Shown here one piece after another: positions 11,801 through 24,000 of a stretch of DNA of 64,000 bases. Position 1 is the first letter of the stretch, and each line of letters opens with the position of its first letter. The stretch spans positions 86,118,001 to 86,182,000 of the forward strand of contig NW_027266264.1 of NCBI RefSeq assembly GCF_022045235.1, read 5' to 3'. A model generated the notes under the pieces. That model saw nothing but the letters and a program-made list of their open reading frames with translations. It had not been told where the DNA came from and made no database searches. Source of the DNA: Haliotis cracherodii (taxonomy: Eukaryota). A program made the position numbers and the translations under genes.

Positions 11801-13431
11801 CATCGACATGTGCAGTAACAAAGTTGATTAAAGGTGACTTTAGGTTTGAAATTCTGCTTGATAGAGTTTGCCAACTCATTTTGTTCAACAAATACACATT
11901 CAGTTTATATTGCAGCCCAGTTCAACGTTTTAACAGCTTACCAGCCTCTTTTTCAGACTAGGGATGTCAGCCATTTTGTACACATAGCATTGTGTGAGTT
12001 TCACAGTGAGAGAACCTTGACAGATTGGTCAAATTTATATTTCTCTATGAGAGAGAATTTTCTTTTGCAAATTGAAGTATGTGCAACCACAGACTTTTTC
12101 CAAGAAAAAACTCCACACTGAAGTGTAAGTAAAGCAACAAAATTGTAGGAAATATTAGTCATATTTCCTAACCAAGAATAATCTCAGTGTGACCTGACCT
12201 TCATGGTAAATGTGATTTCTCAAGTGCTAAAGTGTAATTGTTGTCATTTCTGTTTCAACTAAGTGTTCTGTTTAACTACATTTAAGTGCGGCTTATACAT
12301 GACACAATGTATTTGTGTCATTGTGAATGATACCAGAGAGTAACTATCGGTGTATGGTCTCTGATGATACATATCCTCGAAAAGCTATTATAGTATTGCT
12401 TCATCAATTGTATTTCAGAACAGCAACATTGGGGAGAAATTAACGTGGAAAGTTATAACAAATCAAGTTGGCCTTAACTTTGAAAAGTCATCCCCTAATG
12501 GTCAATAAGTATTCTTTTCTGATTTGCATCTGAGGACAACTTTTCGTTTAGAGTTCTACATTGAAACATGTTTAGATGGTGTGAAGAGTTCAGCGACGAG
12601 GAAAGTGTGAACAAACAATAGCTTCAACTGTGTGTAACTGTTTATCAGTATCGATAACATCATACCCGCAGTTAGACTCTTGTCGTAAGTAAACATGTCT
12701 GTTGCATTAGGATCAAGGTCAGGAAAATGCCCTGACGAAAATATCAAATTTGTTAGATCACTCAAAATGTTTTTTTCATTTCAAGAAAAAGATAAATGTT
12801 CAATTTATTATGTAAATTCCAACTGTCATCTAAAAACCATAGTGTCGAAATGTCAGTGAAATAACAATTTTATTTAGTATGAGATTTGTTGATGATAGTT
12901 GTTTCAAATAAACTTGTCAAATTAATGCACATGAATATTGTATGACTGATCGAAAAATGTCTTCACATTCTGTAGGAACGATCTCATGTAGTAGGTCAAT
13001 AGCTTTCGTCCCCAAATATCAAGTGTATATTAAATCGCCAATCTATTATGATAAACACCCTGGACCACAATCGCCATCACACCTATAATTTGTGCCCGTT
13101 CAAGTGACACAACCGTACAAATAGAAGTCCAATCAAATTCCACTCTTATTTCCATCTGAAATACAACCAGAACATCTTGTATCATTAGGACACCCCTCTC
13201 CTGTCTAAGTACTCAGTGAGTCAGCTTTTCCAGCTACAAATGACTGTTTCCTGATATGTCCAGGTCATTATTTGTTTAATAAAATGATATTTTTAAAGTT
13301 TTTATTTTCTAAATTTAGGAGATGTTTTATGTTGCGTTCAATGCAGTAATGTACTATTAAGCATTCAAGCCTCTTCTTTTTTATTGGTTCTGTTCATCTG
13401 TGAAAAACAAATTTCCTCTGCAAAGCCGTAA

Positions 13432-13938
13432 CAGTGTTCCCGTTTACCAGTAGTTACAATATTTTACTGGTAAAATTAGGGTTGGACCGGTAATTCAGGT
13501 GATTGCCAGTCCCTCTGGACCGGCAAATAAAGTACCTTATGAATCTTTGTTGTTGAACAAAACATCGGCGATATTCATATAGGTACATTTTTCGAACTTT
13601 GGTAAGCTTGTCTTTTACCATCAGGGTTTTACCTTGTTTATTTTTATTGCAAGGAAATAACATTTTGCTTTGAGGTTAAATATCCATTTGTAGTGACTTC
13701 GTCTCGAAATATTTTTAAAAAAGGACAAAATTGTGACTGAAGTTAGTGTGAATGATGTATACTTCAGAGATGATGTTTTTGCACTGAACGTGATGTTGAA
13801 AGAATTAAAACCAGGTAATTTTCATACATTTTTTTATTTGTTGAAAGTTGGGACTGGCAAAAATTAGGCTGGGACTGGTAATTATTAGAGCTGCTAGGCC
13901 ACAAGAACTGGCAGTTTCAAAAGCCAGCGGGAACACTG
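13432..13938. mobile_element. MITE with TIR CAGTGTTCCCG.../...CGGGAACACTG, flanked by direct repeat GCCGTAA (hAT- or P-like)
   Basis: TIRs at both ends; GCCGTAA at 13425-13431 and 13939-13945. Confidence 0.8.
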
Positions 13939-14149
13939 GCCGTAACATGTATTTTTATGCGACAGTTTAGAAACTGTAGTATTAATAAAGACATAGTTGA
14001 CATACTATAGGGATTTCCATTTCTTTTTTTCAATGCAACGTTTCAGTGCAGATGCTACATCATACCTTTGGCATGTTTGGCACCAATCTCAATTACTGAT
14101 ACTCAGCTTAACACAATGTCCATCTGGTCTTTCTTTTGTCATGATCAAT

Positions 14150-14510
14150 ACCATATGTTTTATGCCATATTGAATGAGAAGATATGCTGTTTTATATAAT
14201 ATTGAATGAGAAGATATGCTGTTTTGTATCATTCTGAATGAGAAGATACGCTGTTTTATATAATATTGAATGAGAAGATATGCTGTTTTGTATCATTCTG
14301 AATGAGAAGATACGCTGTTTAATCTCATTCTGAATGAGAAGATATGCTGTTTTATCTCATTCTGAATTAGAAGATATGCTTTTTTATATCATATTAAATG
14401 AGAAGATACACTGTTTTATATCATTGAATGAGAAGATGAGCTGTTATATATCATGTAAAATAAGGGATATGCAATTTAATACCTTATTGAATGAAGACAT
14501 ATACTGTTAT
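14150..14510. repeat. Minisatellite, 32-bp unit (TGAATGAGAAGATATGCTGTTTTATATCATAT-like); related degenerate array at ~19610-20280
   Basis: TGAATGAGAAG recurs at 14171, 14203, 14235, 14267, 14299 and 14331. Confidence 0.9.
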
Positions 14511-15211
14511 GTGTATGTTATTATTCCTTGGTACTAGAACACTATTTGAGTAGATAAATGAGATGGCAGGTAGGACAGTAGTTGTTACAAGGATGACACA
14601 AGGCCGGTTTCTCTGTTGTCCCTGCGTACATACGGCCGATAAACAGTGTAGATGCTATGTTTTGCTAACAGATCAAGCCATGGCCTGGTTTCAGTGAGAG
14701 GGGAATCAATTTGTGCTAGCTAGATTGTCTCATGTTTCAGGTATCATGTGGCATAATGTCACAGGTATCCTGTGGCCTAATGTCACATGTATCCTGTGGC
14801 CTAATGTCACAGGGATCCTGTGGCTGGGCTATTAGAAGTTAGGGCTCAAGATGAGTGTTCTTATTTGTTATCACTATTCAGACTAGTTTCAGATTAATGT
14901 CTACTGCTTTCTGTTTGTGAGTTTCATGAAAGCTGTGAACCTGCATCACCTTAAGGCTTCCTCATACATGCCGTAGTCTGGGCTCATGCAAAAATATGCA
15001 TGTCCAGAAAGACAGACAAGTATGTGACGCCTGTCTGATTATGTGAGGACTTTGTCATCCAAGCATTAGTACATTTATATGCAGTTTGTGCAAGTGCTGG
15101 TTGCTACGGTAGCGTAAGACATGCTTGATAACAGTGTTTAGAACCTACAACGAAACGTCACTCTTAAATGTAATAAAGAAGTTGTTCATCCATTAATCCT
15201 ATCCTTACTTG

Positions 15212-15324
15212 GACGTCTGAGACCTGCATCACTTCGGGCTTTCCTCCCACATTAAGCTGACACGCCGCGATATAACTGGAATACTGTTAAAAGCGGCGTT
15301 AAACCAAACTCACTCACTCACTCA
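15212..15324 (+). mobile_element. SINE 3' half with shared tail and (CACT)n; an inverted copy lies at 63897-64000
   Basis: GGGCTTTCCTCCCAC...GATATAACTGGAATACTGTTAAAAGCGGCGTTAAACC followed by CACT repeats; reverse-complement match at the window end. Confidence 0.7.
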
Positions 15325-16273
15325 CCTTACTTGGACCATGTTCGTTTAACAAGTGCATATATATATAGACCATACATCTACCCAGTAATTCTGGGCAATC
15401 TATGTTAATCAGTAATGAATTAGATATTTGATTTTCATAACCTTGCCGAACTACCAAACACCAATTCATTGTTCCAAAGTTGCGATAAATAAAATATGAA
15501 TATATCCTACATCCCACCTTACATTTTTTACAAATATGGATAAAAATCAAATAATTAAATCATTGTGGCTTTGCACTATTCAAGTACGTGTATTCAGTTT
15601 TCAAGGTCAACACTTCTGGTTAATTTTTATCATGAAACTGCTCGTTACAACTTCCAAACTGAGTCAAAACATGGCCAGTGCATTAGCTATGTTATGCTCA
15701 GTTATACTCACTACATGTATACATAATATACTCTTTGGTTGATCACAGTTTGATTACTTTTGTTGTTATTTGAAACTTGACCTATTAATAGTTCAGATTG
15801 TGCTACAGTTAGGCAGATATCCAGTTGAACAAGCCTTATGCATAGATTTACGTTTCAGATGTTATGACCTTGACCTTGGGAACTATTTGTTTCCTCCATA
15901 TTGATCTTGGATGGTGTGGAGTTCCCTCCCTTTGACCATGTTTACTTCTGCCTGCTTTTTTATCATGAGCATATAGTAAGGCATTTGTTTCTGAAGATGA
16001 TCACTACACTGGTCCTGTATACCCTTCTGTAGATTCATCAATGTATAGGTCACTACGTATTGGGACTCTGAAGTGATTTGTGTGAGAAAATGCGAAAAAC
16101 AAATCCATTGATGTTTAGTGCTTACTTGAGGCGATTAGCTCAACACCAAAGTTTCCGACTGATTTCAATATGACCCATTTCCTGTGACAGAGATTAACCT
16201 TATCCTTGTTAATCAGAAACTGGGAGTCATGATTCTAAGAATCGATGGTTCAGTGCATCCTTGGGGAGGGGGA

Positions 16274-16446
16274 GGGGACAGTTGGGTAGCCTAGTGGTTA
16301 AAGCATTCGCCCATCACGCTGAAGACCTGGGTTTGATTGGGTACAATGTGTGAAGCCCATTTCTGGTGTCCCCCGCAGTGATATTGCTGGAATATTGCTA
16401 AAATCGGCAGAAAACCTCACTCACTCACTCATTCACTCACTCACTC
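16274..16446 (+). mobile_element. tRNA-derived SINE (same family as 36707-36876)
   Basis: A-box TAGCCTAGTGG, degenerate B-box, GATATTGCTGGAATATTGCTAAAA tail and (CTCA)n end. Confidence 0.85.
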
Positions 16447-17769
16447 CTGGTAATCTGGTGGTCCTCAGCGGTTTTTCGTTGTATAATAAAGCTGTCATTG
16501 CATGACAGATTAGTTGTGTTAATATGGAAGAATTGGGTGGTCATTAGTGATTTTAGTTTTATGATAACGCTGTCATTGCATGAAAGATTAGGTGTGTTAA
16601 TATGGAAGAATTGGGTGGTCCTTAACGTTATTTAGTTGTACAATACAGGCCATCATCATATTGATTTGAAAGTTCTGATTTAGATGTTAAGCAGTGTCTC
16701 AATTACACCATCTTTATGTTGTCATACTCCTGTTCCAAGGATTAATGTGTCAGTGGGTTAGTAGCGTGGTATGGAGGAAATGAGATCATACTGTAGTCTC
16801 CCCGTGGAGATTTTTGGTAAGGATCGGTCACAAGCTACCTATGCTGGTCCTACTTTAAAGAGGCGACCAAATGGATCTGATGGTAAGGCTTGGTACCTGG
16901 TTGATGGTGTGACATTACACCAGGGCTATATCTGGACCTGCTCAAAGGCCAATATTCAGCCCCAAGTCCACAGCAAATGACAATTTGTATTCCCAATTTA
17001 AATTTTTAGATTCCTATTTCCTCAGGATTTACGAAATTATAACCCTGAAAAAAAATCCTATTTGGAACAATATCATCTTTTTTTCAATTTGCCAGCCAAG
17101 GGCACTTAGTTCAGAATCCTAGGTAAATCTCTGCATACCCCGACAACGTGGATCATTGCTCCCAGTATCATTGACTGGATTGTCTGGTGCAGGCACGGTT
17201 AGTTACAGGCCAGGTCTGGTCAAGTGATGGTGTGTGGAGATTATCAGTATTTCCGATGACTTTTTTAAATGGCAGTTTATACAGCCAAAGACAACAACAA
17301 AAACTACCAGGCCTGGCAACTTTTCTTAACTCTTTATTTCCAAATACTACTTGGTACTGGAGAAACATTAAACAAATGCCTAGAGACTTCAGTCTTGTTA
17401 GCAATTGTGACTTTGTATCTTTCTATGCTTTTGCAATCAAAGAAAGATGTGGCATCTTCGCTGATGTCAGCCACCAGTCCAGGCTGTTTGGGGTCACTGG
17501 ATATGCTGAACAAAGTGTTGTTGTAGGGTCCGGAGCATGTCATCATGTGACATAACTTGGATGAACTCCTTGAACATCCTCATTTGTCCTCTCTATAAAA
17601 AACTGGGTAATTAAATAGAGATAATTCATGTATAACAACTTCTGTACTTATTGTAAATGTGGCGTTTCAGTATAGGTCCTTACACCGTTGTCAAGCCTTG
17701 CCGAAACATCACCTACACAGTAAATAAAGATATCCATATCCATAAATTAATTATCTCTGCTTTAGTACC

Positions 17770-17881
17770 CTGGGTCCCGTTCCACAAAACGATCTTAGCG
17801 CTAAGATGATTGTAACTCCCATACTTTAACATAGGCTTACAACAGTCGTAGCACTAAGATTGCATTGTGGACGGGGCCCTG
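17770..17881. mobile_element. Short palindromic MITE (~110 bp)
   Basis: Imperfect inverted termini CTGGGTCCCGTTCCACAA / TTGTGGACGGGGCCCTG and an internal CTTAGCGCTAAG palindrome. Confidence 0.55.
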
Positions 17882-19827
17882 GACTCATTTGCTACCATAG
17901 CTTGCTTTGAGTTTGTTTCCAATTACAATATTTCACTCCTGCGTGTACTAAGAGTGATGGAGATGGAGATGTCACTTCCGAAACAAAGCTATGGGTCCAG
18001 GGCATGTATCACAACCAAATAGTGGTGTAAGACACTGGTCCAAACAGACTCCAGTCTCCATGTCACTATAGGATGTATAGTTTCTTCAAATGATGCTTAA
18101 CGACACTACATAATGTGATGAAACAAGCACCTGCAGTGAGGTCCGTACATGATAGAACCTCACAAGGAGGAAGTGCTGGCTGGTTATAGCATCACCTGTT
18201 GATGGAGGCTAGTTTGAAAAGGACAGGGCAGTCAAAGTAGGTTGATTCATGACTGGAAGCTTCAGTTTTATCTGCAGCAAATACCTACCAAAATTGTTAC
18301 ACATAGACCAGGTCACAATTTCTCGGTAATTACAACAATGATTGTGAATGTGCACCATAGAACTTAGTCCCCCTGTAATGAGTATTTACAAACTGTCTAT
18401 ATATACCTGAAATATTGCTGACTGTGAACCAGCAAACACATTTCATGGCTGTGATACATGTGCAATATCCAGACTGAGAACTCTGGTCAGAAACATGTAA
18501 ATGAATGGATTTTCAGTAACAAATTATTTGAATTTATGAGTCATGATAAGAAATACATGTTAGGAAATCATGTAGCTTGGCTCGACAGGATGACTGCCAC
18601 TTCAGACAATAAATGAACAATACATGTAAAAACAGGATGAATTATTGGATCTGAATTTGCAGAATAGAAAAGCATTGAATATGTGTCTGTGTCATGGTGA
18701 TGTGTAAGATAGCGACATAAGCTGAACAGCATAATGGAAACAGTTTTTCACCTGGGTTTGCTTGTCAGTAATATGTAAGAATTTACAGTTTATGTTTTGA
18801 CTAGTTTATTCCATCTTGTGTGGTTGATACTGCTAGTTATGTGGCCACAGCCTGTAGTGGATGGGTGAGTTGAGCTGTCGGGATCTAGGTCAGCGAGGAC
18901 AGCTGAACACCATGATAGGAGTAGGCAGCTCAGGCAGCTTGCTGCTCATTATGTAGGTCATGCAGGAAGTGACCTCTGACCTCCATGTTCTGCATGTGTG
19001 TGAGAAGATTGCAGTTGCATTGTAAGCAACAACAGACTAATGCTAGTTGCTTTTGTGGGCTGTTGCAATATGACAACTGGGTAATATGAGTTTGTGTTCC
19101 TCAGAAGATGTTTGATATTGATTTGTGCAACCGAGGGTTGTCAGCCATGTTTGAGACTATCTCCCATTAGGGTGGTATTATCTGAAGCTAGATTCCATGT
19201 GTGCTGGTAAAGGCCTTCATGTAGATTTGTTTTAGTACAGTACACTGTAAGATAAGGTTGTAATGTAAACTGGAAACTTCTTCCCTCTTCATGGCTCCCT
19301 TTCTTTGATGTCTCTGTCACATTTTGCCTACATAATGTCAGCTACAGAGGTAACAGTACTCAATAGAACCGTACCTCTATGTGGCATTTTGGAAGCTGTA
19401 GACTATGAAGAGAGAGTAGTCTTATGGATTATCTTTTCTTTTTTCTTTCATTGCAATGTACTGACGCTATTATACCTTTTGTACCAAAACATCAAATTGA
19501 AAGAATTATGAAGTTGAATTCCGCAAGTGGATATTGTCTTCAGTGAAGCCTTGGTAACATCAATCTCCAATACCTTATACTCAGCTTGCGACAATGTCAA
19601 TCTAGTATTTCTCATGTTATTATCTATACCATATTGAACAAGGCCTTAAGATGTTTTATGCCATATTGAATAAGATATTTGGCTTTATATCATATTGAAC
19701 GAGGGCTATGGTGTTTTATATCGAGGAGGATTGTTGATGTGCTGTTTTATGTCATATAGCATGAAAAGATATGCTGTTCTATACAACATTGAATTATGGA
19801 TACAGTGTTTTATACCATATTGAATTA

Positions 19828-20196
19828 TAGTGGTGGGACAATACACCGATGCATCGGTGGATCGCGATCTTTTACTTCCCGATACAAGTATCGATCACAC
19901 TCACACACTAAGTAATAAACATCGATTCATACCTTAAATGTTCACTTTAATGGCTGTTACACCAACATTAATTAGTAGTGAAAAAGGAAATAATTTCATC
20001 CACTGCACCATACTTGACAGTGCTATCTGTAAATCGTCAGTGTGCCAGGTATTTGACTATCATGGCCTCTCTATGAACAAAATGGCTTACGCACCACAGA
20101 TCAGAGCATATACATGTATCTTGATAAGTATCATATCGGAAACAAGGTATCATGATACATATCGGATTGCACAGTTGGTGTGTCGTCCCAGCCCTA
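19828..20196. mobile_element. hAT-type MITE with 8-bp TSD TTGAATTA, inserted into the 32-bp minisatellite
   Basis: Termini TAGTGGTGGGACAATAC / GTGTCGTCCCAGCCCTA; TTGAATTA at 19820-19827 and 20197-20204. Confidence 0.88.
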
Positions 20197-21014
20197 TTGA
20201 ATTAGGAAAATGATGTTTTATACCACAGTGAATTAGGGATATGATGTTTTATACCATATTGAATTATGATATGCTGTTTTGCTGTCTTCTGAAAAACAAT
20301 CTATCTGTCTGATTAGCCAGTTGCCATCTTGTAAAAACCCGTACAGGATGGCTACAGATTCCTTTACATCATAATGTTTGAACTCACATCGCTTGTTTGT
20401 CTCGGCACATTCAACTCAGGTCACACTTTGAGTTATATGTACCATACTAATAGTCTGATTACAAATGGATGGAATTGTCAAACACTCAAATAATTTGTTA
20501 CTGAAAATATGTCTTTGTTGTTTGTGAACTGATAAATTTGTTCGTGTACACCCCTGGCATAGTGTATTATTGCACAAGCCCAGTCAGGTGGTAAGATCCT
20601 GTATGAATCCACAAGTTCAGTGAGTTTTTTGTTGCTTCTATCAGCAGACGCTGAATATGATATTTTAAGGTCTGAATAGAGTCAGTTGTAATCAAACATA
20701 ATGACATCACAGCCCTAGAAACTAACTGTTTTCGTCTACTGGTCCATATTATAATAACGTATTGCAAAACCATTAAAAATGGCAAATATCTAATAGTCTT
20801 TACCTCACCCGCTAGGCCGTTTGGCAAGGACCTTAGGATTTTTGTCAGTTTCTAACCTTGTGTCATGGTGTTCACGATGGCCAGTCATCTTGTATCAGTT
20901 TTGAGAAGGCAGCAACCAGTCTGATATCTAGATTTTATTATGAATAATGATAGTTGACAGTCCATGGGTGCTTATAGTTGTGACTTATTTTGCAGATGAC
21001 GAAGATGAACTAGA

Positions 21015-24000
21015 ATGATGAATGGTGAAGCTGGGTCTTCGGGTTACTCTGGGGCCAGCCAGGCACAACACAGCAGTGCTCTCCCTTCTCCTACAGATGG
21101 CAGCACCGCAGATGTTAATGGGTGTACAAAGGAAGACAGACCAGATCAGCTTATGTTCAAACAGTGCCAGGAATCTGTGAACAATGTTGTAAAACATGAT
21201 GGAGCTGTGTTCACTGGACCGTCTCCTCCCTTGATCTGTAATGGTGGTACTCGGTGTCAAGACCACAGTGATGCAAAGTCTCCTGACAAAAGGGTACGAC
21301 AGCTTTCTGCTGTCTGTAGAAGCCATGATGTGGTAGTGGATGGTGTAAATCCATCAGATAAAGATGAACAGCAATCAAGGGAAGTTGTACAGAAAGTAGC
21401 TTCAGATGACACTGGCGGTACGACACATGTATCGGTTAAGGGTCAGAAAACATTTGTCAAAAGTGAAAGTGAAAAAGACACAATAGACTCAAACCAGACT
21501 GTCTGTGAGTCTCTGACACTTCCAGAAGGCAGGAGTGAAACATTATTAAATGTAAGTGATAAAAGTATGGAAATGGATGTGATTAACAATGGAAGTAAGA
21601 TTGAGTCTGAAGACACACCAATGGAGGTTGATAGAGAAAATGTAGAACTAGAAGGTGAAACAGTGTCAAGTATTGGCAGCTCACAAGACCCGGAGGACAC
21701 CAGCTGGAGTGGAATGGCAGACCAAGAGAGTGGGCCTGACAGTGATGCAGAACTAAGAATTGAGATCAGTGATGTCCGGACTGTCAACTTTGATGAGGAA
21801 GTTGATCTAGATTCAAGTGATCCCCTCGCAATAATTGATCTTGAAAACTCCGAAGGCCTGTCCAGGGGTAACAACTCCCAAGAAGATTTCACCAGCCCCA
21901 TCACAGGAGACACATCACAAGCTTTTGAAGAGGAAGGGGATTCTTCACCACAGAATGGTGGCAATATGGAAGATGGTGAACGTCAAGCCAGCCCACATGG
22001 CCCCACTGCAGGAGAAGCATCACAAGTTAATCAAGAGGAAGGGGATTCTCCACCACAGAATGGTGGCAATATGGAAGATGGTGAACGTCAAGCCAGGTCA
22101 AATGGCACCACGGCAGGAGAAACATCACAAGTTAATCAAGAGGAAGGGGACTCTTCACAACAGAATGGTGGCAATATGGAAGATGGTGAACGTCAAGCCA
22201 GCCCACATGGCCCCACGGCAGGAGAAGCATCACAAGTTAATACAGAGGAAGAAGAATCTTCACCGAAGCATGATGGCAATATGGAAGACGGTGAAGACCA
22301 AGCCAGCCCACATGGCCCCACAGTGGGAGTGAATGATAGATACACACTCTGTGAGAGTTCAGAGAATGGTCATGAGGAGAGGCCTTATTTGACAGGAAGT
22401 ACTGAGGGAGACTCGTTAGTCACCAAGAACCAGAATGGTGAGAGCCCCAGCACTGAGACCCAGACCCAAGAAGCTGATATCCTGCATGATCTATACCAAC
22501 AAACGTCCTCTCTACATGACCCAGAGCTGAACACACTGAAAGCATCAGATGCTGTGAAAAAAGCAGATATGGAGTCGGCACCAACAACAACTCAAGCAAG
22601 TACTCTTCTTTCCAACATCGCTGAAACAGTTCAGAAGATAAAATCCGAGCCACAGGATCAGGGGTATGAAGATGCTCAGACTTCTGTTCAAGAAGCCCGG
22701 GTTGGCAGCTGCAGCAAGACACAGGATATGACGGAGCGGTTCCGTCTGCCAGAGAGTATGTGTAGGACAGAACCAAGTACTGTATCTCATACCGTCATAA
22801 CACAGCCAGCATCCCTGATCACCACGCTGCCATCTCCGAAAGTCCTGCCTTATATGGCCATGAAGACCATGGTTACTCCGACACTGCCAAGTCGCGTGAT
22901 CAGCACCACATCTGTGGCGCCCATGTCACAGGCCCTTGTTGCCACGGGGATGGAAGGAGCTCAGACAAAAACTGTGGCATTACTAGTTCCCTTTAGAACA
23001 CAGGGGAATGACAGGGGTCCCATGTTTGCTTCACTTCCCACTGTCTCAAGCAAAGATACAAGTTCCGCCACTGCCCATTCGGAGATTGCAACAAGTGTGA
23101 CAGTCAGTGTTGCATCTTTGGAGCCTGTCATGTCAACAAATACTCTTGTGTCAAAAAGTGAGGAAGAAGTAGAAAGTTTTGAAAAGCTTGTTTATGATAA
23201 GTGCATGCAACATGAAGTGAAGTCTATTGAATTGGGAAAAGTGTCAGAATTTCTTCAGCGGAGAAATACCATGAAGTGTTATAAGGGGTCAAAACACCCT
23301 TCATTCGCGGACAAGAAACAACAGGGTTGTCTCGAGTGTGGTGACAGCTACGTACTGAAGACCAGTCTGGATCATCACATGACGCGCTGCAGCATTGTAA
23401 TCAAGTACCACTGTGACAAATGCAAAGGAGATTTTAAGTTTACGAATAAATGTCAGCTCTTGACTCATCTGAGACTGCATGTTGATGCATCAAGTACATC
23501 TAAAGTTCCCCCACCACTGAAAATAAACTCTGACAACTTATCTATTGTGACTCCGTCTGAAGAGGATCTTCAGAAGGCAACAGATAAGTTTAATGTTCCA
23601 CCAAAGGACCCTGACAAAGTTATGGTCCGCTGTTTGGAATGCAGGCAGGTTTTTGCAAATGAAAAAATCCTCAAGATCCATTTTGGTGCTAATGAATTAG
23701 TTTGCTCCTTTGCCTTCCAGTGTCTTGTTTGTTCTAAAGTCCTACCGAGACTCTGTGCCTTGAATGCCCACATGAAGATCCACTCAAACATGTCAGATTA
23801 TGTCTGTCCGGAATGTGGCAAGCCTTTTACAAACAAGAGTATGTCGTTTGTGAGGCATCTCAATGATGAATGCTACCACCAAAACAGAATCTTCCTTCTT
23901 CAATGCCCAGTGTGCAACATCCATCTGGAAAGTCTCCCCAAGATCAAGGAACATTGTATGAAAGAGCATGTAAAGAGCATTATCAAATGCAGTTCATGCA

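Noticed and set aside
20996-21014. Possible coding splice into the ZNF ORF from an upstream exon
   Set aside because: There is an in-frame TGA at 20997-20999, and the other two frames stop within 8 codons, so upstream exons must be non-coding for this ORF.
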